Notes under the pieces: generated by a model | What the model was told of the DNA's origin: nothing | The model's database searches: none | The model's input: only the letters and a program-made list of their open reading frames with translations | Shown: piece after piece, positions 1 through 7,372 of the stretch | Layout of the letters: each line of letters starts with the position of its first letter | Numbering within the stretch: position 1 is the first letter of the stretch | Translations under genes and position numbers: made by a program | DNA from: Bdellovibrionia bacterium | Lineage (GTDB): Bacteria; Bdellovibrionota; UBA1018 | Reading direction: 5' to 3' | Length of the DNA stretch: 10,760 nt | NCBI GenBank assembly: GCA_045805065.1 | Contig: JBJMMA010000148.1 | Coordinates: 1 to 10,760 of the forward strand

Positions 1-42
1 CTCATTGTCTTCAATGACTAGGATAGTGGCCTTGACCCGCAT
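1..42 (-). CDS. Response regulator receiver-domain protein, N-terminus only (runs off the left edge)
   Basis: The reverse complement from ATG at 42 reads MRVKATILVIEDNE. ILVIEDN is the typical first beta-strand and acidic pocket of REC domains. Too short for the ORF track; only 14 codons are visible. Confidence 0.7.
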   Translation of the reverse strand, partial: MRVKATILVIEDNE

Positions 43-180
43 GGTGGCACCCAGTGTATTTCCAAGTTTTAAAAAAATCCATAGGGTGATCAAGCCGCCT
101 GCCTTGTCAAAGATTTGACTTTAATTTGAAGCAAGCAACAGAATCGCTTTTTCCCCTCACCGTGCGTTATCCTGATAGGG

Positions 181-1185
181 ATGCCGGTACGTTCGGGACT
201 CGCCATCATCAGCATGTCCTACTTAGCGCTTTGGAGTCTCTCAGGCCCATCATGGGCCTTTGCGAATTCCTGGGACGTCTACTTTTGCCCATCCTCCGTC
301 AGTCCTGAGGAGGAATCCTGCTCGTGCTCGGAAGACTCTCTCGTAGTCGACCAGGAATTTGACCTGACTCTTCTTGAAACCACGGGAAAAACTTATCGCT
401 GCATAGCGAGTCATAAACTCGTTGAGGATGTCGGATCCGAGCTTCAGGACAAAAACACCATCGCTCCGCAATTTCCCTGCAAGCCAGAGAGTGAGCCTAT
501 GAGCATACTGCGAGTGAACGGCAAAACCCCTCCGCTTGCTCAGCAGCAATTCGGACTTCCAACGCCTGCGTTGCTGGTTTCGATGTTTCCCACCGGATGC
601 GGCTACGCATGGAAGGACTTCAATGTCCGCGCTTACAAGAAAACCGTCGCAAATTTCTTAAAAACCGATCGCATCACGTGCGGTAACCGCAACGAAGTGA
701 ACTGCACGAGCGCCACTTTCCTTGTTTTTCTGAGCGCGCTCAAAAAACTTCGTGAACACGGCAGGGTCCTCACCTCGCAAATCACAGAATGGTCCGATCT
801 GAAAGGTCCGGCTTGGAAATACCTCAACGATCTGGCACGCCCTGATCTTTTAATGACCCAGCTCAAGGATGCCCGAGGAAAACCGCTGGGCACGGGCAAG
901 ACCCTTCGAAACGAGGAAATCCAGAATACTCCAGGCTGGCCGCGGCCTGGCGATTTCGTGCAGTTCTGGCGAGACGACCTCTCGGGTCATTCCGTAATCT
1001 TTCAAGGATTCCTCAAGGACAAATCCGGCCAGAACATCGGCGTTTGTTACTGGTCTGGCAACTACTCAACCAACGGTTATGGCTACCGCTGCGAGAAGAT
1101 CGAACAGATCAAAACGATGATCATCGGAAGACTCGATATGAACTTCAACACGAGCTTCAATACGAATAGGGACGGTCGCCCATGA
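181..1185 (+). CDS. Exported protein with a putative papain-like (NlpC/P60/CHAP-like) C-terminal domain
   Basis: 334-aa ORF with a signal-like N-terminus ending SWAFA. Motif order GYAW...NCTSATF (Cys at 703-705)...PGDFVQFW...GHSVIF (His at 988-990) parallels the NlpC/P60 pattern Y-x-W...DCS...PGDLxFF...HVGI. ORF is well supported; function is inferred. Confidence 0.6.
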   Translation: MPVRSGLAIISMSYLALWSLSGPSWAFANSWDVYFCPSSVSPEEESCSCSEDSLVVDQEFDLTLLETTGKTYRCIASHKLVEDVGSELQDKNTIAPQFPCKPESEPMSILRVNGKTPPLAQQQFGLPTPALLVSMFPTGCGYAWKDFNVRAYKKTVANFLKTDRITCGNRNEVNCTSATFLVFLSALKKLREHGRVLTSQITEWSDLKGPAWKYLNDLARPDLLMTQLKDARGKPLGTGKTLRNEEIQNTPGWPRPGDFVQFWRDDLSGHSVIFQGFLKDKSGQNIGVCYWSGNYSTNGYGYRCEKIEQIKTMIIGRLDMNFNTSFNTNRDGRP

Positions 1186-1568
1186 GATTTCTCCTCGCGG
1201 TTCTGGCAATTCCGAGCTTTGCTCTGGCAGCAGAAAAGCCGCTTTGCGAGATCCAATGGAAAGTACCGACTGGAAAGACGACGACGCTTCAATTCGCCTT
1301 CATTGAAAAAGGCTGTGCGATGGAAGGCGCATCTCGTGTCGATTGCTATGTAGTCAGAAAAAAGTCTGGGAAAGCCTGGACACTCGGAGAAGGCATCATC
1401 AGAAAAGGCGTGGCACCCTCAACTCTCTGCATGGCACCAGAGCTTTTCAATGAAGGCGAGATCCAGGCAAATCTCATTTGCGACTCGCAGAAAAAGCCTC
1501 AATCTATTCAACTCAGCGGTCCCGGCTCGGTTAAAAAGACCTGCCCTCTTCCTAAAAGGTTTCCTTAA
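1182..1568 (+). CDS. Small secreted Cys-rich hypothetical protein
   Basis: 128 aa with a clear Sec signal (MRFLLAVLAIPSFALA) and 6 Cys. ATGA overlap with the upstream stop indicates translational coupling. Confidence 0.75.
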   Translation: MRFLLAVLAIPSFALAAEKPLCEIQWKVPTGKTTTLQFAFIEKGCAMEGASRVDCYVVRKKSGKAWTLGEGIIRKGVAPSTLCMAPELFNEGEIQANLICDSQKKPQSIQLSGPGSVKKTCPLPKRFP

Positions 1569-1576
1569 AATCAGTC

Positions 1577-3886
1577 ATGAAGCCAAACACGAACCTTCTC
1601 GCACTCACCGCTTCGCTGATCGCAATGGCGCCCCTGACTGCCGCGGCCTATCCGATTTTCTATAAATGCGACGCCAATCGAAACCTAAGCGAAGTCCTGA
1701 CGGGAAGCGAGCTCGCCCAGAAACTCACAAAAATTCTCGCACTGCCGGACAGTCAACGACAGCAAGCCATCGAGACGGCGTGCGCTGGGCTTCAAGACTG
1801 CGAGCGGCAACTTGAGCAGGTCGCAGAATTAGCCGAAATCGATAGGGCTCTGACTGAAAAAGTCTTTGAGAATGAGCTGAAAAAACTCACCGCCTCTCAA
1901 CCGGCGTCTCCCATTCAAAAGCTTAGTCCGGAAGTTTTTGAAACGCAGAAAATGATCCAATCGACCGCCTTTCAAGTGACTGCATGTCGAAACACGATTG
2001 CTTCGCTGAGCACCGAAAAATTTGCGACATCACCCCATGACGACGAAGGCTCGATCTTTATCTATTATCCGTATCACTCCGAGTACACCTACGTCACCGG
2101 ATGCAGGCCTTTTGAAGACGGCAAACTCTTTTGCAATCCCAATCAAAAAAAGGGTATCAAAACCGCGATTCGCAATGCGCTCCTAGGCGGCGTCGATCCT
2201 TACGTTTACCTGGCATTGGGCTTAATGGAAGATGGCGCCAATGGTTGGAGAAGCTTGAAACTGGATCCCATTGGAAAAATGAAGGCCATGAGCTGCCGGG
2301 AAGAAGCAAGCAACTTGTCGGACGAAAGCACTCAAAAGCTCTGGTCCTACGGTAATTCTCACAAAATCGCCCCTGGCGTGAGCCGCGACGCTTCCCTTTC
2401 CGCTCGCCTCAATCGCTATCTCTCGGGAAAAGGAATCGAGCCAGGCCTTGGAAAAAGCTACTTCTGCCGAAGCACTACGGGAACCACTTCGGAAGCTACC
2501 TCCGATATTCTTTCTGCTCCCCCAGGAAATCAATGCTGCCTTGAACTCGGTTTCGATCTCAACACGCTGAAGCTTCGGAACAACCCAAACATAAAAACCG
2601 AGATTGAAAATGCGTTTGTTGCCGATCACCTTCGCAACATCCAGAACAAACAACTCGCCGGAAAAACCGATCCAGCTTTTCGTCTTCAACAGTTCAATGG
2701 TTTTAGCCGCCTCATGGGAGGCGCTGAGCCCGTTTCGACGTTCAGAAGCGGCGTGAACTATTACGAAAACCCTGCCTACGGTTACCAGGCCATGGACTTC
2801 ATCATCAACTCACTCGCAACAAATCCCTGGATTCGCACTGAGATCGAGCGCCAGTCCAAGGAGCTTCAGATCGCCCCTCCTAGCATTCTTTGCATGGACG
2901 TTGCGGTTCCCGGCACCTTTCAAATCGACAGTGATTCGTACTTCAAAAAACATCACGATGCCCCCCGCTTGAAAACGATTCGCGGCAAAAGCTATGCAAG
3001 CCTGACATCGCGCGAGAAAAATGTTTTGAATCAAGAGATGTACGATGCTTCGGTGCGGAACCGTATCAAAAAGCAGTTCGGAGACTTACCCAAGGAGCTC
3101 AAGACAACCTTGGATGCGGCTCAGCCCACAGCTGCGGTCATTGTATTAAAAGCCAAGGACGGAACGGGGATCAAAGTCATTTATTCTGCAGAAGGCTCTG
3201 ACGAGACAGGTGCGATTCAAGTTAAAAAGCTTGGCAAATACACGGGCGCAATTCCAACCGACTTAAAGAGCGTGAACGCTTTGGGAGTGGATCTCGATAA
3301 AGCAAAAAAAGGATTCGCTGTTACTTTAGAGAACACCAAGTCCACTCTCTCCTACTTTGGAGGCTACGCACCAACGGAAGATGAATTTAAGCAAGTCGTG
3401 GATAAAGGTTACAGCCTACCGACTCATGACGAGTATCGAGTCATGTTTTCAAACGGAGTCACTTACAAGGTCTCGAAAAGAGGCAACACTCAGGTACGTG
3501 AGTTCATCGATGCCCAGGGCAAACCCATCGAGCATGTGGACTTTAACAGTTACTCGGACCAGAACTTCCGAGTTGAGTTGTCTGATGGGAGCGGATTTAG
3601 CGTTCAGTTTGAAACTCTTCCAAAAGAGAAGACGCCTCCTGCTGGAACAAAGCAAATCGCTTACTCCGACGGAACAGAATACTCTTTAAGCTCAGACATC
3701 ATTCCAGCCACGCCAATCGGTAAATCGAAAAGCTCAGTCAGCATCGAAAAGGCCGTGAGCTATTACTGGAAGGAAATCTATCCTTCCCGCGACACAATCA
3801 GCAAAGCATCGCCGCTTCCTTGGACCAAGATGCCTGATTCGCTTTTGAAAGAAATCGCTGAGAAAGTTCGAAGCGAATCCCAATAG
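1577..3886 (+). CDS. Large secreted hypothetical protein with a possible divergent lysozyme-like/lytic transglycosylase domain
   Basis: 769 aa with a signal peptide (ASLIAMAPLTAAA), starting 8 nt after the previous stop. GVDPYVYLALGLMEDG resembles SLT motif I (GVDPxLxxAxxxxES). Later QFNG and NPAYGYQAMD loosely resemble the YNAG and Y-xx-kV motifs. Confidence 0.6.
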   Translation: MKPNTNLLALTASLIAMAPLTAAAYPIFYKCDANRNLSEVLTGSELAQKLTKILALPDSQRQQAIETACAGLQDCERQLEQVAELAEIDRALTEKVFENELKKLTASQPASPIQKLSPEVFETQKMIQSTAFQVTACRNTIASLSTEKFATSPHDDEGSIFIYYPYHSEYTYVTGCRPFEDGKLFCNPNQKKGIKTAIRNALLGGVDPYVYLALGLMEDGANGWRSLKLDPIGKMKAMSCREEASNLSDESTQKLWSYGNSHKIAPGVSRDASLSARLNRYLSGKGIEPGLGKSYFCRSTTGTTSEATSDILSAPPGNQCCLELGFDLNTLKLRNNPNIKTEIENAFVADHLRNIQNKQLAGKTDPAFRLQQFNGFSRLMGGAEPVSTFRSGVNYYENPAYGYQAMDFIINSLATNPWIRTEIERQSKELQIAPPSILCMDVAVPGTFQIDSDSYFKKHHDAPRLKTIRGKSYASLTSREKNVLNQEMYDASVRNRIKKQFGDLPKELKTTLDAAQPTAAVIVLKAKDGTGIKVIYSAEGSDETGAIQVKKLGKYTGAIPTDLKSVNALGVDLDKAKKGFAVTLENTKSTLSYFGGYAPTEDEFKQVVDKGYSLPTHDEYRVMFSNGVTYKVSKRGNTQVREFIDAQGKPIEHVDFNSYSDQNFRVELSDGSGFSVQFETLPKEKTPPAGTKQIAYSDGTEYSLSSDIIPATPIGKSKSSVSIEKAVSYYWKEIYPSRDTISKASPLPWTKMPDSLLKEIAEKVRSESQ

Positions 3887-3932
3887 CGAATCTCAATAGC
3901 GATTCTGGGCATTGTTTAGTATCCCCTAGGGT

Positions 3933-4751
3933 ATGAAGAGCGGGGCCCAAAAATCTGCCCGGAAATTTGCCAAGAAATCCAACGTCCTGACCATCCTGGG
4001 TTGCGGAACCTCGACCGGCGTTCCCTTCATTAGCTGCAATTGTCCGGTTTGCCGCTCGAAAGATCCCAAAAACAACCGCACTCGCGCGTCCGCCTGGATC
4101 CAAGTGAACGGCAAAAGCATTGTGATCGATACGGGACCTGATTTCCGCCAACAGGTCCTGCGCGAGAAAATAAAGCATATTGATGCCGTCCTTTATACGC
4201 ACCCGCATGCCGACCATGTTCATGGCATCGATGAGCTCAGAAGCTTCAATTTCATTCAGAAAACGACCATTCCGGTTTACGGCAATGACTGGATCTTTGA
4301 GGAATTACCCATCAAATTCAGCTACATCTTCAAGCCGGGCTACGTTGAGGGCGGCGGCATTCCCATGCTCACCCTCCACAAGCTCAACCCCCGGAAAAAG
4401 GAAGTAAAAATCTCGGATATTCCGGTCGTCTTAATTCCGCACCAGCATGGCTCAAAAGAGTCGTTAGGATACCGTATCGAGTCCGTTGCCTATATTGCGG
4501 ATTGCAGCTATATACCTCCCACATCGTTAGATCGACTTCGAGGGTTGTCGGTACTGGTTCTGGACTGTCTCAGGCTCGAACCACACCGAACGCATCTCAA
4601 CTTGGATCGGGCGCTGGAGCTGGTGGCTGAGCTCAAGCCTAAAAAGGCTTATCTGACCCACCTGGGCCATGAGTTCGATTACAAGAAATGGGAAAAGAAA
4701 CTGCCTAAGGGAGTTCATCTGGCTTACGACGGATTAAAAATCCGTTTTTAG
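3933..4751 (+). CDS. MBL-fold metallo-hydrolase, PhnP-like phosphodiesterase family
   Basis: LTILGCGTSTGVP, CNCPVC zinc site, IDTGPDFRQQ, THPHADHVHG (HxHxDH), YIAD, THL, LTHLGH and AYDGL motifs. Confidence 0.93.
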   Translation: MKSGAQKSARKFAKKSNVLTILGCGTSTGVPFISCNCPVCRSKDPKNNRTRASAWIQVNGKSIVIDTGPDFRQQVLREKIKHIDAVLYTHPHADHVHGIDELRSFNFIQKTTIPVYGNDWIFEELPIKFSYIFKPGYVEGGGIPMLTLHKLNPRKKEVKISDIPVVLIPHQHGSKESLGYRIESVAYIADCSYIPPTSLDRLRGLSVLVLDCLRLEPHRTHLNLDRALELVAELKPKKAYLTHLGHEFDYKKWEKKLPKGVHLAYDGLKIRF

Positions 4752-4791
4752 AGTGTCTCTAAACGACAAAGACAATCAAAAGGAAATGACT

Positions 4792-5898
4792 ATGATCGTA
4801 GGTGTACCAAAGGAGATCAAGAATAAGGAAAACCGCGTCGGTATGGTGATCGCAGGCGTTCGCGCCCTCACCGCTGCCGGCCACAAAGTGCTCATTCAGC
4901 ACAATGCTGGCGTTGGCGCAGGTATCTCCAATGACGATTATCGCAAAGCAGGCGCAACGATCCTCGAAACGGCCAAGGAAGTTTACGACAAGGCCGACAT
5001 GATCGTTAAGGTCAAGGAACCTCTGCCAGAAGAATACGCGCTTCTTCGCGAAGGCCAGATCCTTTACACCTACCTCCACCTCGCAGCTGATGAGCGCCTC
5101 ACCAAGGCTCTCATGGAGCGCAAGATCGTAGGTATCGCTTACGAAACCATTCAGCCAGCTGACGGCTCCCTCCCACTCCTCGCTCCAATGAGCGCAGTGG
5201 CAGGACGCATGGCCACCCAAATCGGCGCAACCTACCTCCAGCACGATCACGGCGGTAAGGGCATGCTCCTCGGTGGCGTCCCAGGTGTTGACCGCGCAAA
5301 CGTCGTTGTTCTCGGCGGCGGCGTCGTCGGTATCAACTCCGCGAAGATGGCTGTCGGTCTTGGCGCAAAGGTCACGATCCTCGACACCAACGCTCATCGC
5401 CTCGACTATCTCGCCGATATCTTCGGAAACGAGATCACCACGATGTACTCCAACAACGAAACGATCGAGCGCGCTGTGACCGCAGCAGACCTCGTGATCG
5501 GCGCTGTTCTCGTTCCAGGCGCTAAGGCTCCTAAGCTTGTGAACCGCGAAATGATCTCCCGCATGCAACCAGGTGGCGTCGTTGTTGACGTCGCTGTTGA
5601 CCAAGGTGGATCCGTTGAAACCTGCCGCCCAACCAGCCACGAGCACCCAACCTACACGGTTGACGGCATCATCCACTACGCAGTTCCAAACATGCCAGGC
5701 GCTGTGCCACGTACTTCGACCTACGCGTTGACCAACGTCACCCTCAAGTACGCTCTCCAGATCGCAAACATGGGCTGGAAAGAAGCCGTCGCTAAGGATG
5801 CAGCGCTCCTCAAGGGCGTCAACATCCTCAACGGCAAGGTCACGTACAAGCAAGTCGCAGACGACCTCGGCTTGCCATACGAAGCTGTTAAGCTCTAA
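4792..5898 (+). CDS. ald: Alanine dehydrogenase
   Basis: [45 protein letters not shown] Rossmann motif, DVAVDQGG and [16 protein letters not shown] Shine-Dalgarno at 4780-4784 lies 7 nt before ATG 4792, so this start is preferred over GTG 4753. Confidence 0.97.
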   Translation: MIVGVPKEIKNKENRVGMVIAGVRALTAAGHKVLIQHNAGVGAGISNDDYRKAGATILETAKEVYDKADMIVKVKEPLPEEYALLREGQILYTYLHLAADERLTKALMERKIVGIAYETIQPADGSLPLLAPMSAVAGRMATQIGATYLQHDHGGKGMLLGGVPGVDRANVVVLGGGVVGINSAKMAVGLGAKVTILDTNAHRLDYLADIFGNEITTMYSNNETIERAVTAADLVIGAVLVPGAKAPKLVNREMISRMQPGGVVVDVAVDQGGSVETCRPTSHEHPTYTVDGIIHYAVPNMPGAVPRTSTYALTNVTLKYALQIANMGWKEAVAKDAALLKGVNILNGKVTYKQVADDLGLPYEAVKL

Positions 5899-5926
5899 TT
5901 CTTAGTGTTCACATAAGAACTCTCGT

Positions 5927-5968
5927 AAGGGCCTCAAGTGCGAAAGCACGAGAGGCCCTTCGTTTTTT
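5927..5968 (+). terminator. Rho-independent terminator of ald
   Basis: AAGGGCCTC-aa-GTGC-GAAA-GCAC-ga-GAGGCCCTT stem with a GNRA tetraloop, followed by CGTTTTTT, 28 nt after the ald stop. Confidence 0.85.
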
Positions 5969-6091
5969 AGGTTTGCACGAATTGAGATCAAAGCCGTGCG
6001 TCATCCATGACTAGGGACCCTAAAACCGCGCCTTCCTGGCGCTTCCCTAACGGTTTGATCTCAATTCGTGCAAACCTAAAAAACGAAGGGC
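5955..6091 (-). repeat. Hairpin element 1: perfect 38-bp inverted repeat enclosing a double GGA-loop core
   Basis: 5955-5992 is the exact reverse complement of 6054-6091. On the minus strand, core 5997-6050 contains GCGCC-AGGAA-GGCGC and GTC-ATGGAT-GAC. Confidence 0.9.
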
Positions 6092-6168
6092 ACCGCTCGA
6101 TCAGAGCCCTCGGCGCGCTGTACCGATCTCTTTTCCTTCCGAATGGCGGTCTTCCCAGGATCGATTGG

Positions 6169-6379
6169 GAGCCAATTCTGCCAATTCCAAAAGCTGAGAG
6201 CTGGGACTGAGGCATGGAACTGAGCTGATTCGAATGGCCTTTAGGGAAGCGCCAGGAAGGCGCGTTTTTAGGGTCCCTAGTCAGGAAGACGCAAGGACAT
6301 TCGAATCAGCTCAGTTCCATGCCTCAGCGTCAACTTTTAGGCCTTTTCAATCTTTGGAAATCACTTCAGAATTAGGCTT
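6169..6379 (+). repeat. Hairpin element 2: perfect 30-bp inverted repeat with an imperfect outer stem, enclosing a double GGA-loop core
   Basis: 6207-6236 is the exact reverse complement of 6298-6327. Core 6241-6293 is an inverted copy of 5997-6050 (2 substitutions, 1 indel), with GCGCC-AGGAA-GGCGC (6249-6263) and GTC-AGGAA-GAC (6280-6290). Outer pairings include TTCCAAA/TTTGGAA, AATTCTG/CAGAATT and AGCC/GGCT. Confidence 0.9.
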
Positions 6380-6386
6380 AAGACTT

Positions 6387-7118
6387 ATGAGCGAAGAAAA
6401 GAAACCAGCTGAAGCCAAGCCCAAGGGCCCCAAAGCTTCCAAGCTTCCCATGATCCTGCTTCTTGTGAACTTCCTGGCCATTGCCGGGGCCATGTACATG
6501 CTGGTTTACGTGAAGTTCCTGTACAAGCGTCCGTCCATTACCGAAGAGACCGAGCGCGCCCGCCTGGCAGCCCTGGCTGCTGCCACCCCCAAGGCTCCTC
6601 TGGAGCCAGGCCTTGTGAGTTTCGATGCAGTAACCTTGAACATCGCGCCATCCAATGGAAGGCCCCATTACGCCACCATCGGCTTTGCATTAGAGATTCG
6701 GGACAAAACCCGCCAAACGGACGTTGAAACCGTCCGCGCCCTCATCATGGACAAGTTTCTGGGTCTTGTGGGCCGCAAACAAGCTCACGAGCTCAATAAC
6801 GTTCAAGGACGATTCATCCTTCGCACTGAACTGACTGAAGCCGCTAACAAAGCCATCTTTGAAAACGCAGGCCGAATCAAAGCAGCCCCTGCCCCAAAAC
6901 CTGCCGCCGCTGGCGGTGGTGAACATGGTGGAGGTGGCGAGCACGGCGGTGGTGGAGAACATGGTGGCGGCGAAGGCGGCGGTGAACACGGTGGTGGCGG
7001 AGGCGAACATGGCGGTGGCCATGGCGAAAGCGCTAGCAGTGCTGAACACCAAGAGCCAAAGCCTCCGATTCGCGACCTCGTCACGAACGTCTACTTCAAC
7101 CAATTCATGGTTCAGTAA
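6387..7118 (+). CDS. fliL: Flagellar basal body-associated FliL family protein
   Basis: Charged N-terminus, single TM segment (MILLLVNFLAIAGAMYMLV), FDAVTLNI...HY...LE, GRFILRTEL and C-terminal VTNVYFNQFMVQ, all typical of FliL. Start placed at MSEEKK (6387); the upstream ATG 6234 lies inside hairpin element 2. Confidence 0.88.
   Translation: MSEEKKPAEAKPKGPKASKLPMILLLVNFLAIAGAMYMLVYVKFLYKRPSITEETERARLAALAAATPKAPLEPGLVSFDAVTLNIAPSNGRPHYATIGFALEIRDKTRQTDVETVRALIMDKFLGLVGRKQAHELNNVQGRFILRTELTEAANKAIFENAGRIKAAPAPKPAAAGGGEHGGGGEHGGGGEHGGGEGGGEHGGGGGEHGGGHGESASSAEHQEPKPPIRDLVTNVYFNQFMVQ
6912..7028 (+). repeat. Coding (GGGEH)n low-complexity repeat within fliL
   Basis: GGGEHGGGGEHGGGGEHGGGEGGGEHGGGGGEHGGGHGE, encoded by roughly 18-nt units with varied synonymous codons. 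Confidence 0.9.
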
Positions 7119-7119
7119 C

Positions 7120-7355
7120 CAAAAGGTGGTCGCCTACTTTTGGTAGCGATACCGCGTCAAAGCTCGGTAACCGAACAAATCAAAACGAACTGTGAATTAA
7201 GATAAAAGACCTCGTTGTGACTTCCTGTCACATTCCTTTGGCCCATCCTGGGCCGGAACGACTCAGTTTTTATCTTAATTCACAGTTCGTTTTGATTTGC
7301 TGGGCTCACCAGTTGTGACGCATGTGCGCTACCAAAAGTAGGCGACCACCTTTTG
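7120..7355 (-). repeat. Hairpin element 3: nested perfect 29-bp and 32-bp inverted repeats enclosing a double GGA-loop core
   Basis: 7120-7148/7327-7355 and 7176-7207/7268-7299 are exact reverse complements, and the spacers pair partly (GCGTCA/TGACGC). On the minus strand the loop has GGCCC-AGGAT-GGGCC (7240-7254) and TGTGAC-AGGAA-GTCACA (7216-7232). Confidence 0.9.
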
Positions 7356-7372
7356 CATGGTAGAAATGGATC

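Noticed and set aside
44..144. Promoter-like motifs (TGGCAC at 45-50; TTGACT-N18-CAGAAT at 115-144)
   Set aside because: TGGCAC lacks the -12 TTGC needed for sigma54, and the sigma70-like match is too weak to call without TSS data.
3933..4751. Phosphonate (C-P lyase) operon or beta-lactam resistance gene
   Set aside because: No other phn genes are present, and stand-alone PhnP-like MBL hydrolases are common housekeeping enzymes; no signal peptide.
4759..5853. 364-aa antisense ORF
   Set aside because: Codon-aligned shadow of the strongly codon-biased ald gene, with no recognisable motifs.
5988..6215. 75-aa (-) and 67-aa (+) ORFs as small proteins or type I toxins
   Set aside because: They run through the hairpin elements, with no hydrophobic toxin-like helix and no convincing RBS.
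6234..6386. 51-aa N-terminal extension of FliL
   Set aside because: Encoded by hairpin element 2; MSEEKK at 6387 gives a normal FliL N-terminus.
6690..7146. Pro/Cys-rich and Ala/Val-rich alternative-frame ORFs
   Set aside because: Artefacts of the GGGEH repeat in fliL.
7216..7232. CRP-like site TGTGA...TCACA
   Set aside because: The spacer is 7 nt rather than the canonical 6; better explained as one of the GGA stem-loops.
5955..7355. CRISPR array, integron attC sites, retron msr-msd or IS ends as an explanation for the hairpins
   Set aside because: No direct repeat-spacer periodicity, no clear RYYYAAC/GTTRRRY boxes, no evident target-site duplications, and no cas, integrase, reverse transcriptase or transposase gene in the window.
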